Assembly (NCBI RefSeq): GCF_006345805.1 | Contig: NC_042998.1 | Span: 50,220,001 to 50,284,000 of the forward strand | Reading direction: 5' to 3' | Length of the DNA stretch: 64,000 nucleotides | Source: Octopus sinensis | Lineage: Eukaryota | Part shown: piece after piece, positions 26,520 through 40,225 of the stretch | How the letters are laid out: every line of letters starts with the position of its first letter | Numbering within the stretch: the stretch's first letter is position 1 | Program-made: the position numbers and the translations under genes | Notes under the pieces: model-generated | Seen by the model: only the letters and a program-made list of their open reading frames with translations | What the model was told of the DNA's origin: nothing | Database searches by the model: none

Positions 26520-28397
26520 GTCTGTATTAATAACCGTGTTCCTAAATTATTTCAAAAAATGTGCATAACACTTTGACCTGGAAATGGAATTCTTCTAACC
26601 AACTGTATATCAATAAATGAATTCATAAATTTCTCCATAAAATGTGTGTTATGGTATATACCAGATACGGCGATTCCTCAACTATCTTTATATCAACTAG
26701 TGAGACTCGTGAATATTTCACAGAATTAAGGGTAAACTTATTGGGTTATTTCTGAAAACTTCATCCAAAAATCTAGAAAGCGTAGCATGTGTTGTGCCTG
26801 TATCAAAAGATAGTCGCTCATCTGCTTATCATTGAAAAGTGAAGGAAATTGAAATACGATGATTACTTAATGCACTTTATATATATACACTTTATATACT
26901 TTATGCAGAATTTTATAGTCTTAATTGTCCCTCTTTCTCTCTCACTCTTCACCTTACCCTCTTTTTCTTTCATTCTTCACCTTTTCCTTCAAATAATCAC
27001 GTGAAAGCGTTACAGACGGGCTAAGTAACGGAGGAAAAGAAACAGTTAAAAAAATTACATATTTCACTCATCACCACCTCTCCCACCCTCCTCCATTCTC
27101 CAATTTCTCTACCCCTCCCATTCTTTCCCTTCCGCTCAAACTAATCTCATGGAAGCGTTACGGATGGGCTAAGTGACGGAGTGATAAGCAGAATAATTAT
27201 AAGATAACCATGTTCACAACTTTCTTCGTAAAATATGTGTGACGAGATATTGTGTTTATTGGATATAATATGAAGTTGTTCATAAATTAGTTTATCACCA
27301 AAGCGGAGTTTCTTTTTTTCTTTTCGTTTTTTTTTTTTTTAGTGTGTTACGGCGAATAACGATCATAAGACATCGAGAAGTGATTCAAGAAAGGCAGAGA
27401 AAGTACAGTGAAAAATTGAAAGAAGACAGAAAGAAATAAGAATTAGGGATGAAGAGAAGAAAATCAGGAATGATGTGAAGCATTGCCTGAGAAGGAAAAG
27501 AATGAAATTATTGCCAAAATAGGAGCTAGAAGCTGTTGTATGACGAACGACGAAGCTGAAGATAATAAGGAAAGAATAAGAGTTGTTGATCATAAAAGAA
27601 AGCAAAGTACAAACGTTGATGATCGGCAAGAATATTATGCATTAGCCATAATAATAAGAAAAGGTACAAGAGAAAACAACACCGAAGAAAATAGACAAGA
27701 CTTCCCAGAAATTAATCAAAGGATTATCATGAAAATGACAGGATATTATCACCGAGTGGGAAGTTGTTTATAGTTGATAGAGCACCACAAAACGGGTCTG
27801 GGGATTTCCACGGATACTGCTAATTTAGAATAGACGAGGTCGAGAGTACTTTAAAATAATACCTTTCAACAACAAACGCATATATACAACTCATTCCCTT
27901 TCTCTCTCTCTTTCTCTTTCTCTTACACACATACACACTCTAACACATGCGCATGCGTGCGTGTATTTCTTTATCTTTTGTCGTTGATCAGACATCTTAC
28001 TTTCAGGTCCACTATGCAAAATAACCGTTGTTTTATTTAATATCGAAATCTTTGTGACTACTTAATTAGAATTATGTAGCACAGTATTTTGTCAGTGAAC
28101 AGTTCGCGGCCAAAAAACGACGAAAATATTTTGACAAATTAAATTTAAATGTTGAAGTGAATCTAACGAATTTTGTGTGTTTCTTAAATGGCTTATAAAC
28201 ACCTTCCACGCTGCAATTATTTTCGTTCCAGCGCACGATCTCAGATGAGGTCACTTGCTATGCAAGTACATCTCCGTAAATTAAAATTATACTACGCGCA
28301 AAATGACCGAGAGCAGTTGTCGTGGACGTTGCCCTTGTTGCTACTATTTGAAAACAATAGTTGCATCTGAGAGAGATCGTGCTACAACATCTACTAC

Positions 28398-28645
28398 GTG
28401 GCTTAGTGGTTAGGGTGTTGGACTCATGATCGGAGGAATGTGGTTTCGATTCCTAGACTTAGCGGCGCGTGGTGTTCTTCAACAAAGGACTTCATTTCAC
28501 GTTGTTCGAATCTACTCAATTGGCAAAAAGTAGTAATCCTGCGACAGGCCGGTATCCTGTCCAGGTGAGGAATTTATACGCCATGAAATCAGGAAACCGG
28601 CACTAATGAATCGGTTTGACACGAGAATGCAACTTTACCGTTACT
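28398..28645 (+). mobile_element. tRNA-derived SINE, C-like head and core with tail X
   Basis: TGGCTTAGTGG A-box and GGTTTCGATTCC B-box; homologous to 62357-62612. Confidence 0.75.
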
Positions 28646-28964
28646 CTTTTCTATATCTACTATATTTACTAGCAAAATGAGAAAATTGTTCAGTTTATCG
28701 AAGTGGTCATAGAAACCGACGAAGATCCGTTTACTTTGTTGTATCAAGTATGTCTTTTGTTACTTTTTAAACAACTTCCAATGTCATTTGCAGATGTTAT
28801 GTAGGCATATCCACTGGTTGATCGATGACGTAGAAGTTATCCGATTGGCTGGCTGTAGAAATCTGTCTCTGTGTCTGTCTGTCTTCCTGTCTATCCGTTT
28901 GTCTCTGTGTATACATAATATAGGTATATAAGCACACACACACATATATATATTTACATATAGC

Positions 28965-29716
28965 CACAGGAGTGGCTGCTTGGTAAGAAGCTTGGTTCTC
29001 AATCACGTGATTCCGGGTTCAGAGTCACTGCATGGCACTTTGGACAAGTGTGGTCTGCTATAGCCTCGGGTTGGCCAAAGACTTGTGAGTGGATTTGGTA
29101 GACGGAAACTGAAAGAAGCTCGTCATATTTATATGTATATATGTTTGTGTATCTTTGTCTCTGTGTTTGCCCCCACTATCGCTTGACAACTGTTGTTGGT
29201 GTGTTTACGTCCCGTAAGTTAGATTGATAGATTGAAAGGGGTGCTCCAGTATGTATGGCCCCAGGTAATAAGACGTGTGTGTCAATGGGTTTAAATGAGA
29301 TAAGCTTGTACAACGCTTCTGTCGCTTTCCTAGTTGCCATAGTTTGTTCCAATGACAGGCATTGCAAGATCACCTGTACTATTTTCACTGCAAGCTTTAT
29401 GTGTGAGTATCTTTCACCTTGAAGAACTTCGTTCCCCACGGCTTTGTCGAAATAACGGGTGTCTCCTCTGCTCTTGGGAAACCTAAACGCATTTCTAAAT
29501 AACAACATGTATATACATATACATACACACACATACACGCACGCACATACTCACACAAGCAAACACACACACACACACATTCATTTCGTCTACCAAATCT
29601 ACTCACAAGTCTTTGGTCAGCCCAAGGCTAAATAAGACACTTGCCCAAGGTGCCGCAGAGTGGGACTGAACCCGAAACAATGTGGTTTCGAAGCAAGCTT
29701 TTTACCACACAGCCAC
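28965..29716. mobile_element. Inverted pair of SINE family B copies (28965-29265 +; 29580-29716 -)
   Basis: Head and core sequences occur in opposite orientations about 450 bp apart. Confidence 0.8.
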
Positions 29717-30741
29717 GATTGCACATCTTTTTTTATAGGAATTTCATTTGAATTTTCGCTTCAAAACTGACATTTAAGTATTTCTTTTTCTTCTCTTCAG
29801 AAATTTTTTTGCTTTTAAATAAGTTCGCTGAGACCGACGTAAAGTCGGAAAAATCGACTAAATTTGAGATTTGTATTTTTTATTTCAATTTATTTCTTAC
29901 AACAAAACAACACGAAGTCGAAGACGATGGAACTCGAAATGAACTAAGTTGAGGTAAACCTCTGTGCGTGTGTGAGTGAGTATGTATGTATGTACGTATG
30001 TATGTACGTATATATGTATTTGTGTATGTTCACTGTTATGATTGTATTAATGTTGTTATCATGTGTCAGTACTTGTTCTTCTTGTAGTTCGTAGTTTTGT
30101 ACAGTATACGATGACTTCGAATCAGTTTATCATTGTCGGTAAAGCGTGAGCTAGTCTCTTTTAAGATATTCCTGAGAGTCCTTTCATCTCTGTTGTAAAT
30201 TTCTCTCTACTTATTTATTCTATTCACACAAGTACGGACAGTATATAAGCAGCCTAGTCTAAGGCAATACACAAACTCAAGTACGCACAACACATACGCA
30301 CAAATACGCACACATGCGCCTACACACGTTCACACTCACGCATAATAATTTCCTCTCATGGCACAATGCCAATTTTGGCGAGGAAAATGGAACAGACATT
30401 TCAATCGACTATACAAGGTGAATTTCCACTTCTTTGTGTTCTTTAGTTTGGACTTGGACTGTTTATACAATAGATTGACCTCCCCACCTTTACCGCCTGT
30501 CTTTCTTGCTCCTTCTTGTTCTGTAAATACTCTTTCTTTCTCTCTCTCTCTCTCTCCTTCTCCTTCCTTACACACATATATATATGAAAGGCTTGTAGGA
30601 TCACTAGTTTGCTACTATTAAAACATTGAAATGTAGAGCATATTTATTGAAGTTTCGTTACACATAGCACTGTTTCAATCTTAGAAGACAGCTCTTGAGG
30701 TTTCTTGCTTATGCAAATTGGTTAGTGTATGTGTGCCCGCC

Positions 30742-31072
30742 CACGCACGCACGCCCGCCCGCCCGTCCGTCCGTCCGTCCGTCTGTCTGTCGGTCTGTCT
30801 GTCGGTCTGTCTGTCGGTCTGTCTGTCGGTCTGTCTGTCGGTCTGTCTGTCGGTCTGTCTGTCGGTCTGTCTGTCGGTCGGTCTGTCGGTCTGTCGGTCG
30901 GTCTGTCGGTCGGTCTGTCGGTCGGTCTGTCGGTCGGTCGGTCTGTCGGTCGGTCTGTCGGTCGGTCTGTCGGTCGGTCGGTCGGTCGGTCGGTCGGTCG
31001 GTCGGTCGGTAGGTATGTATGTATGTATGTATGTGTGTATGTAAGTATGTATGTATATAAGTATGTATGTGT
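30742..31072. repeat. Compound tetranucleotide microsatellite GCAC>GCCC>GTCC>GTCT/GTCG>GTAG>GTAT
   Basis: Directly visible; explains the TDRP/SVGL ORFs. Confidence 0.95.
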
Positions 31073-31344
31073 ACGTAAACTTGGGCTCAAATTGGGTTAG
31101 CATTCTTTAGATGTGAGTGTGCGTATGTACTTCATTACTGTATATGTTTTGTACGTGTCTATATTTGTGTGTGTGTGTATGTCATATGTGCATGTGACTG
31201 TGTGTATGTGTTCAGCCCAGGAACTTCAGCTGAAGAATCCTTGAACGACATGCATATTTTCGCGTACTGCTTATCGATTATATTGAAAGATCGCAAATCA
31301 GATTGCTTTGTTTTTTCTGGAACCCCCAACCATCCAGCATTTCC

Positions 31345-31913
31345 TGTGTGGCGGGGTGATAAGAAGCTTGCTTCTGAACCACATGGTTCCAGGTTCAGTT
31401 TTACTTTGGGCAAGTGTCTTCTACTATAGCCTCGGACCGACCTTGTGAGTGGATCTGGTAGACGGAAATATTTTGGAGTAGTGGCTGAGTCGATTACATT
31501 GACCCTAGTACTCAACTGCTACTTATTTTATCAACGCAGAAAGAATGATGTCATAGTTAACCTATGTGTTATTTAAACTCGAAACGTAAAGATGTACCAA
31601 ATGACCGGCGTGCTAACGATTCTGTCGGTTCATCACACACACACACCCATGTTTTCTTTTATTCTCCTAATCATTTCAATCATTGGACTGTGGCTATGCT
31701 GAGGCACTACCTTGTGGGCGTTATACATGAATACATACACGCACACATACATGGTTTCTACGTTGGAGCACCGGAGTGAAGAGTTTTAGATGAAATAAAT
31801 GGACCCCAGTGCTAATTTTTTTACAATCTGGTACTTATTCCATCGGTCACTTTTGCCGAATAGCTAAGTTGCAGGGACGTAAATAAAATGACATCTGTTG
31901 TCACACACACACA

Positions 31914-31951
<38 letters not shown>

Positions 31952-32918
31952 GCACACATACCTTATCACACATGTACATAAAATGCATATATACGAATTT
32001 CCACTTTTTATATTCTTTAGATTGGACTTGGTCTGTATATGTATACACGAGGGCTTCTTTCAGTTACCGGTCAACGAAATCCACTCACAATGCTTTGGTT
32101 GATCCGCGGTGACAGTAAAATACACTTGCCTACGGTGTCACGCAGAGAGATTGAAATCGAATCCATGTGGATGAGAAGCAAACTTCTTATCACACTGCTA
32201 GAAAAATATAAAACAACAAAAGACAATGATAGGAGCAGCAGCAACAACAACAATAGTAATTCTTTTTACATAAAGCATAAAATTTTGCGGGAGGGGATTA
32301 GCCGATAAAATGAACCCCAGTGTTTCACTGGGACTTAATTTATCGATTTCGAAAATATGAAGGGCAAAGTCAACCTTGACAAAATTTGAACTCCGTACGT
32401 AAAGATGCACGAAATACCGCCAAGCATTTCGCCCGGCATGTTACCGATTCTATTAGTTCGCCACCTTAATAATCTTTTCTACACTAGGCACAAGGTCCGA
32501 AATTTTTGGGGAGGGGCCCAGTCGATTAGATCGACTCTAGTACGCAATTATTACTTAACTAGATGATAGCGGAAGGATGAAAGGCAAAGTCGACCTCGGC
32601 GGAATTTGAACTCGAAACATAAAGATAAACGAAATACCTATTTATTTACTACCCACAAAGGTCTAAACACAGAAGAAACAAACAAGGACAGACAGACGGA
32701 TTAAGTCGATTATATAACTGGTACTTAATTTATCAACCCCGAAAGGATGAAAGGCAAAGTCGACCTCGGCGGAATTTGAACCCAGAACGTAAAGACAGAC
32801 GAAATACCTATTTCTTTACTGCTCACAAGGGGCTACACACAGAGGAGACAAACAAGGACAGACGAAATACGGTTACGCATTTCGCCTGGCGTGCTAACGT
32901 TTCAGCCAGCTCGCCGCC
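31345..32918. mobile_element. Cluster of SINE A and B copies, including a family A multimer at 32475-32918 (-)
   Basis: Multiple recognisable heads and cores; GAAATACCTATTT junctions at about 32631 and 32801. Confidence 0.8.
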
Positions 32919-33046
32919 TTAATAATAATAATAATAATAATAATAACAATAATAACAATAGCAATAACAATAATAATCATAACAACAACAACAATAATCA
33001 TAACAACAACAACAATAATCATAACAACAACAACAATAATAATAAT

Positions 33047-33320
33047 AGTGTTGTGAGGAATTCTTTGGGGTTTGGATAATTCACCTTTGGAAACATGGGT
33101 GTTTTGTTCACCATCCTTAAGCAACCCTTATTCAGGGACCTTTTGAGTGGGATGGGCTACTCGACCTGAAGAAAATTCTAATTGGGTCTCACCTGCAAGG
33201 TCATGCGCTGTTTATCTTGATAGGAGATGACTATGTCGTGCACATATGGTTGTGATGCATGTGCCTAGTGTACCCTTATCAGACGTGTAGTCATGATGTG
33301 TATTTTACCCCAGTGTCTGC
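33047..33320. mobile_element. Unclassified interspersed repeat between (AAT)n tracts
   Basis: Flanked by AAT/AAC tracts; its start GTG.TG..AGG.ATTCTTTGGGGTTTG recurs at about 58902-58930. Confidence 0.45.
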
Positions 33321-33344
33321 GGCCATGCTGAGGCACCGCCTTGG

Positions 33345-33377
<33 letters not shown>

Positions 33378-33378
<1 letters not shown>

Positions 33379-33760
33379 TTTCAAATTTGGGCACTAGGCC
33401 AGCAAGTTCAGGGGTAAGGCTCAGTTGATTATATCAACCCCGGTGCTCGAATGGTACTTAATTTATCGACCCCGAAATGATGAAAGGCAAAGTTGACCTC
33501 GGCGGAATTTGAACTCAGAATTTACAGACAGCATTTTGTCTGCTATGCTAACTATCCTGATAATAATTATAATAATAGTAATAGTCCTTTCTACTATAGG
33601 CACACTGCCTGAAATTTAAGGGAGGGGTAAGTCGATTACATCGATCCCAATTATCAGCTAGTACTTCTTTTATAGACCCCGAAAGGATGAGAAGCAAAGT
33701 CGACCTTGGTGGAATTTGAACTCAGAATATAAAGACACACGAAATACCATTAAGCATAAC
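33378..33760 (-). mobile_element. Two SINE family A copies (short tail)
   Basis: Core and B-box reverse complements at about 33460-33520 and 33675-33730. Confidence 0.8.
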
Positions 33761-33802
33761 GTTGTCTCGATTCGGATAATAATGACAATAGTAATAAAAT
33801 AA

Positions 33803-34172
33803 AAACAAGAGCGCTCAGAGAGCGCAAACCTCCGTTAAGGCAACACTAAAGTTTTCTCAACGATTAGTCAGAGAGGATTTTTAAAATGAGAATATCTGAA
33901 ATAAACTTGACTGCTCTCCGAGAATACTAAAATTGAACCCGACCACTCTGAAAAATTAAGCAACAAAAACAGGAAAAATAATGCAGAATCCTTCTCCGGT
34001 ACCGGATCGATCTCAAAATGTAATCAGTTCGTGTCAGTCATAAGGCCAAAGAAACATCCCTGAAACTTTCAATCGAATCCATCCAGTGGTTCTTGAGATA
34101 TTTTGTCCACGGACAAACAAACAAACACGACAGAAAACAATACCTCCACCTTCACGAAGGTGGAGGTAATAA
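33803..34172 (-). mobile_element. Helentron-associated (HINE/DINE-1-like) element
   Basis: 5' palindrome TACCTCCACCTTC-AC-GAAGGTGGAGGTA (34141-34168), short GTTT microsatellite, subterminal ACCTCC at about 33828 and 3' hairpin GCGCTC-AGA-GAGCGC (33811-33825). T-rich insertion site on the minus strand. Confidence 0.75.
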
Positions 34173-34277
34173 AAATTCTCATTTTATAATCCTCAGAGGC
34201 ACAATCTCCCTATGTGAAACACTTGGACTTATACTCGGCTGGTTGGCTGGTTGAACGGACGGACGGACAGGCAGACG

Positions 34278-34361
<84 letters not shown>

Positions 34362-36084
34362 GTTACGGTATTGTAGATATGGCGGTTATAGTTTACAAAA
34401 GCGTTTTCATTGAAACTGTTCGCTTTTCATTCATTGACTTCAAGGGAGTGGAGGGAAAAGTCGGAATGAAAGAAAAATAAAAGAGAAAGATACTAATACA
34501 AAAGTAAAAATCGATTTCCAAATGACAGCCTATTGATTGTCTCTTACTATTCATGTCCCTCCTATTACACTTTAACTGCCATTTCTTTCTTCTTTCTATC
34601 TGTTTGCTTTTCTTTGTCTTTTTTTTTTCGTTCTGCCTTTACCGATGTGTTTTTTTTTTTAATTTTGTTTCCGGCTTTCTCCTCCTGTTTCAATTACTCC
34701 CTCTCACTTTCTAGTTATCTCTAAGCGATTTATATTTCTTCAGTCTTTGTTTAACTGTTCCTTCTCTCTCTTTCCCTTTCTTTCATACTCACACATACAC
34801 ACACAGACACACACACAAGCACAGGCGCTTGCCTGTGCCACGCACACATGTCTTGTGTCTCAGTCATTCGAAATGTCACCTCCATGTGTCTATTAGAATT
34901 TCTTCAGTATCCAATGTTCAGTTAATACCAATATAATGCATACATACATACATACACACATACACACACATACGTGCGCATACACACTAATACGCATATA
35001 CATACGTTTAAATACACACGCACACATACATACAAATATATACATACGTGTTCATACATATACTTACATGCATAAAGGTACAGAAATATATATATATATA
35101 CACACACATATATGTATACATACAAACGCTTGCACACACGCACACACACACACGCATATACACTCACACGTACACACACACACACGTTCGTGTTTCTCCG
35201 TTTGAACACGTGCATTTGAATACTTGTTACACTCAATCACAAGCATGCCTATATCCGCGATAAGTGTATGAGGTCCATATAGAGAGGAGAAGAGACAAAA
35301 ACAAGAAGAGAGAAGGGCGGAAGGGAATCCATATATATATATATATTGGAATGCGTTCGCATATCTGTGCGTGCGTGCATGCGTGCGTGTGCGTGTGTGT
35401 GGTAAGTACAAGTGCTCATGTTCGCGAATGCTCGTGTGCACACGCACGAGCGTATTCAGAAGCAATCAAACAGAACGCTTATTAATAGCGTGCGCTCTAT
35501 TCGAATGCAGCTATTGGTCTGTTTTCTGAAAGCAGGCAATAGCATCAACCTCGATACCAGGGACTGTCAACTGTTTTCACTGGTCACGCCACAGTCGAAA
35601 CTATCATATCAAAAGACGCGCGCACTGATCTATAGAGAAAGTTCGCTTCATTAGTCTGTAGTTTGTTCTTACTATTCTCAAACACTAGTTAAGCAACATT
35701 GTTTTAGCATTACCAAATACTGCAACATACAACTAAATGACTGCCAAAACTGAATCTTGTCCCCCAAATCATAGAAAAGCAGCGATCATTCATATCAAGG
35801 GTCTGTCTTGTATCACCGCCTGTTCTTTATCAGAGAGCATCATACGAAACGTTCAAAGTCAATTAAAATACGAGGACCCAAAATTCCTGATGACAACCAA
35901 GACGTCTCACATTTAACATTGCTTTATCTGCATCGCGGAGAACAGGATTTATACTCACGGTCAGAAGATACATAAGCATGAAATTCTCTTCGCATTGAGA
36001 ATTTGCTCGCACTGGTCAGCTACCAGCTCAGGCTCCGTTGCTTGTCAGGCTAAAAGCAAGTTGTCAAGGTATCAGTCCCTCTAC

Positions 36085-36478
36085 GGTGGAGGCGCAATGG
36101 CCCAGTGGTTAGGGCAGCGGACTCGCAGTTGTAGGATCGCGATTTCGATTCCCAGACTAGGCGTTGTGGTTATTGAGCGAAAACACCTAAAGCTCTACGA
36201 CGCTCCGGCAAGGGGTGGTAGCGAACCTTGCTGTACTCTTTCACCACAACTTTCTCTCACTCTATTTTCCTGTTTCTGTTGTACCTGTATTTCAAAGCGC
36301 CAGCCTTGACACACTCTGTATCACGCTGAATCTCCCCCGAGAACATCTTTAAGGGTACACGTGTCTGTGGAATGCTCAGCCACTTGCACGTTAATTTCAC
36401 GAGCAAGTTGTTCCGTTGAACGGATCAATTGGAACGCTCGTCGTCGTAGCCGACGGAATGCCAACAAAGAAAAAAAAC
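36085..36478 (+). mobile_element. SINE family C, full length
   Basis: tRNA-Arg-like head (anticodon loop ACTCGCA), A-rich end, TSD-like GTCCCTCT at 36075-36082 and 36479-36486. Confidence 0.92.
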
Positions 36479-37499
36479 GTCCCTCTCCGACCCGCTATCG
36501 GGGCGGAGATTGCTGTCCGCAAGTGTGAGCCCCGTGCGTCAGGGTGGCAGTTCCTGTGCATCTCTCTCGCAATCCTCCTGCGCAAGAGCTATTTCCATTG
36601 TCTCTGCTTTGAGCTCGAGGCAGTCTGTCATACAAGAAATTGTGCGTTCCACTCCTTAAATACCTAGATCTATGCAATAATTCATTATTTAACTGTTTCT
36701 TAATTATTAATCTTTAAATCCCTGTTTATGGATGCTATGAATTTACTCACTTTCACTATTTATCCCTCGTTCCTTATAACTGAATCTTATATTTTTGTGT
36801 TCTTTCGTATCTTTTAAGAAGTCGCTATCAGCTTATCTTGAACACTTCTCCATAGTTTCAAAAACGACCTATTGGCTTGCTAGTTAGTTTCTGTTAGAAC
36901 AGTACAATTAAATAATTCATATATAGCTATTTTCTTACTGTTTTTTTTTCTACTACTATTTCAGGACTTCTTTTCTACTGACCTTTTATGACTGCTACAC
37001 TATTTACCCAATCCTTCCTACAAAAAACCATACTGCTCCCGAGTACCTTCCAGCCTATGATGTTCAGTGTCAGCACTGACCAAACGGAAGAAGTCAATGA
37101 ACAATCATATTTAATCGAAGTCAATCTGTAACCAAAGGCGTTCTTGTAATGATCGTCCCACTCTTGAATATATCGTGTACTATGTTAACCGATATGTTTC
37201 TTCTTTAACGGTATGGTTTGATCGCTATTTCATTGCTATATCTGGTAGATCGATTGAACTTGTAGACGCTCTTCTGTTGGCTTGATATCCTACCCAGGTT
37301 TTTCTCTACAAACAGTTAATCCCAACATCGAATCCAACGAATTCATCAATCCGAGAATATCTTCAAAATCGGTCTCATATGCCACGACTGTTTCTTCTTT
37401 TTACTAACAAAAATAATGATTTCTTACAAGGCCTCAAATTTGAGGAAGGCGAAAATTCGATTATATATACTAAGTGTGGGTGTTTGCATAGAAGGATTT

Positions 37500-37580
<81 letters not shown>

Positions 37581-37625
37581 ATATATCAAATTGTAAAGAG
37601 TATACACGGTATACAATAAGAAGCT

Positions 37626-37920
37626 AGGCGTAGGCGTGGTTGCATGCTAAGAAGCTTGCTCCCCAACTGCACAGATCCAGGTTCAGTCTCACTGTATGAC
37701 ACCTTGGTCAAGTGTCTTCTACTATAGCCTCGAGCCGATCAAACTCTTGAGAGGGGATTTGGTAGACGTAACTTAGCAGTTCGGCAAAAGATTCCGATGG
37801 AATAATTACTAAGCTAACAAAGAATAGTTCCTGGAGTCGATTTGTTCGAATGAAACCATTCAAGGCGAGTGGTCCAGCTTGACCACAGTAAAATGACTGA
37901 AAAATGTAAAAGAATTAATA
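37626..37920 (+). mobile_element. SINE family B
   Basis: Head, CCTTGGTCAAGTGTCTTCTACTATAGCC core and ATGACTGAAA tail. Confidence 0.8.
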
Positions 37921-37940
37921 AAAATAGCACATATCTCCCC

Positions 37941-37975
<35 letters not shown>

Positions 37976-37976
37976 G

Positions 37977-38023
<47 letters not shown>

Positions 38024-38479
38024 GTAGGTTAACTGCAATCGACGGCATTCCAATCCAGGCCCAGGATAAAGTTGCAGTCGTCCTTAAGAGATTCCTTGGA
38101 TTACAGGAATTATTTTCCAGCTTATTTACTATCGATAAAATAAGTGTCAATCACGCACTGTGGTCGATTCCTGCGACTATAATTCTTGTTCGCCAATACT
38201 TGGCCTTGTGCCAAAGTTAAAATCAATAGTTCGTATGTTCGCACGCGAATGTGCCTGAGTGATATGTGCACACACGAATGTGTCGGTGTGATTGTGTTTG
38301 TGCGGGCGTTTATGTGTGTGTATGTGTGTGTAAGAAAAGGTGTGGCTGTGTAGTTAAGAAGCTTGCTTTGTTTCCCAATACATTCACACACACACACATA
38401 TATATATATATATGCTAACCGTGGCACTCGTCAGTACAGGTTTTTTTTTTATCTCTTCTAAAACGACAAACATATTATA

Positions 38480-38868
38480 TTTTCTATTATAGGCACAATG
38501 CCGGAAAATTTGGGGGAGGAGGCAAGTCAATTAGATTGATCCCAGTACGCAACTGGTATTTAATTTATCGACCCCGAAAGGATGAAAGGCTAAGTCGACA
38601 TCGGCGGAACTTGAACCCAGAACAAGCGAAATACCTATTTCTTTACTACCTACAAGGGGCTAAACACAGAAGGGACAAACAAGGACAGACAAACGGATTA
38701 AGTCGATTACATCGACCCCAGTGCGTAACTGGTACTTAATTTATCGACCCCGAAAGAAGGAAAGGCAAAGTCGACCTCGGCAGAATTTGAACTCAGAACG
38801 TGACAGCAGACGAAATACCGCTAAGCATTTCGCCCGGCGTGCTAACGATTCTGCCAATTCACTGCCTT
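38480..38868 (-). mobile_element. SINE family A dimer: long-tail copy 5' of a head-less short-tail copy
   Basis: Junction GAAATACCTATTTC at about 38628. Confidence 0.88.
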
Positions 38869-39289
38869 ACATAGATAAAAATAATAAATGATAATAAAAA
38901 TAATGATAATAATAATAGTAGAGCGATTTGTCACATCAAAGTAGCAAGTGAATGATACTACTAGTTTAACCCCAGACAGACTGTCCGCCAGCTGGTTTTC
39001 GATGCAACGTTCTGCATCCTTTATATACAATATAACGCTAGCAGGGGGAGTGAACCCCTACTAACCTCCAGTAGGTAATAATAATAATCTTCCCTACTGT
39101 AGGCACAAGGCCTGAAGCATTGGGAGTGAGGGTTAATTACATCGGCCCCATTACATGACAGCTCCATATTTTATCAGGCGCCAAAGTAGGAAAGGCAACG
39201 TCGATCACGGTGTAATTTGAGCTAACGACGTAAAGACGGACGAAATGCTGCTAAGCATTTTGTCTGGAATGCTGCTGCTGCTGATAATG

Positions 39290-39750
39290 ATTAATTCTCT
39301 TATTTGCTAAAGGGGCATAAATGAGGTGGTCATCTCACGGACGGCCTACAATTTGTGTAGGGATTTCGCTAAAAGATGAGAAGAAAGAATGGGAACAGAA
39401 GATGAAATGAGATAAACGCATACACAGTATACAAAGTATGTGGACACATGACAGATGCTTGTGATATAGGGAAATATCCAACAGGGGACCCTACGGATCC
39501 AGGTTCACCCTGATTATCGTAGTTCGTGAGCCCTTACCCTACTGTTGCTCCTCAAACTACAGGCGCTTGCATAGAGCAGGTCCGCTAACCCGAGCCATTT
39601 TTACCAAGGTCACTCACAAAATTCAATGGTAAAGCGCACTTTCCACTTAACCCTTACTTTCTTTTCCAAGTGGAGCCTCCAAATGTCGATCTGAGCTTGA
39701 CTGAAGCGGAAAGTGTCTTTCCCTAATCCTTTTGCCCTTCATAAAAACTC
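39290..39750 (-). mobile_element. L1/Tx1-like LINE 3' remnant
   Basis: Minus strand reads KGLGKDTFRFSQAQIDIWRLHLEKKVRV..., resembling Tx1-type ORF2 C-termini (recalled, unverified). A 3' UTR follows, ending CCCCTTTAGCAAATAAGAGAATT. Confidence 0.45.
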
Positions 39751-40225
39751 GAGGAAAATAAGTATAGTTGATCGAATGGATATAGTATTGGATAAAATTT
39801 CAAATTTTGGCACAAGGCCAGCAATTTCAGAGAAATAGGCAAGTCGATTACAACAACCCCAGTGCTCAACTGGTAATTATTTTATCAACCTCGAAAGGCA
39901 AAGTCGACCTCGGCGGAATTCGAACTCAGAACGTAAAGACAATTGAAATGTCACTAATTATTTTCCCCGGTGTGCTAACGATTTTATCAGTTCGCCGTCT
40001 TAAGTGGATATAGTACTGAAATAAAGTCTCAGATGTAACAGCTAGAGGTAAAGATGGCTGCCCCAGAAACAAAGTGGCGTCCGTTTACAGCTGAATAAAC
40101 TGGTATAACGTTAAATGAGGTACCTTGCACAGGTACACAATTTGTTGTCTAGTTAAGGAATTAATCGGACGACATTTGGCAATCATGAACCCAACGTCTT
40201 AACTGCTCACCTACACACTTTCCAT

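Noticed and set aside
27343-27773. Strong acceptor followed by a K/E/R-rich ORF
   Set aside because: Frames after the acceptor close quickly and the 96-aa ORF is purine-rich low complexity; at most a decayed TE fragment.
33160-33190. Other CTGANGA matches as hammerheads (also 5405, 29794, 35887, 41659, 56868)
   Set aside because: No correctly placed GAAA/UH or no pairing in stems I-III.
35960-36050. Minus-strand 91-bp exon (TTTTAG ... GTGAGT)
   Set aside because: All three frames contain stops; a non-coding exon cannot be supported without RNA data.
36085-36160. tRNA-Arg gene
   Set aside because: A/B boxes are present but the acceptor stem is incomplete and the sequence continues into a SINE body repeated elsewhere.
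36479-36665. GC-rich promoter or CpG island
   Set aside because: Under 200 bp, with no associated gene start or identifiable core promoter arrangement.
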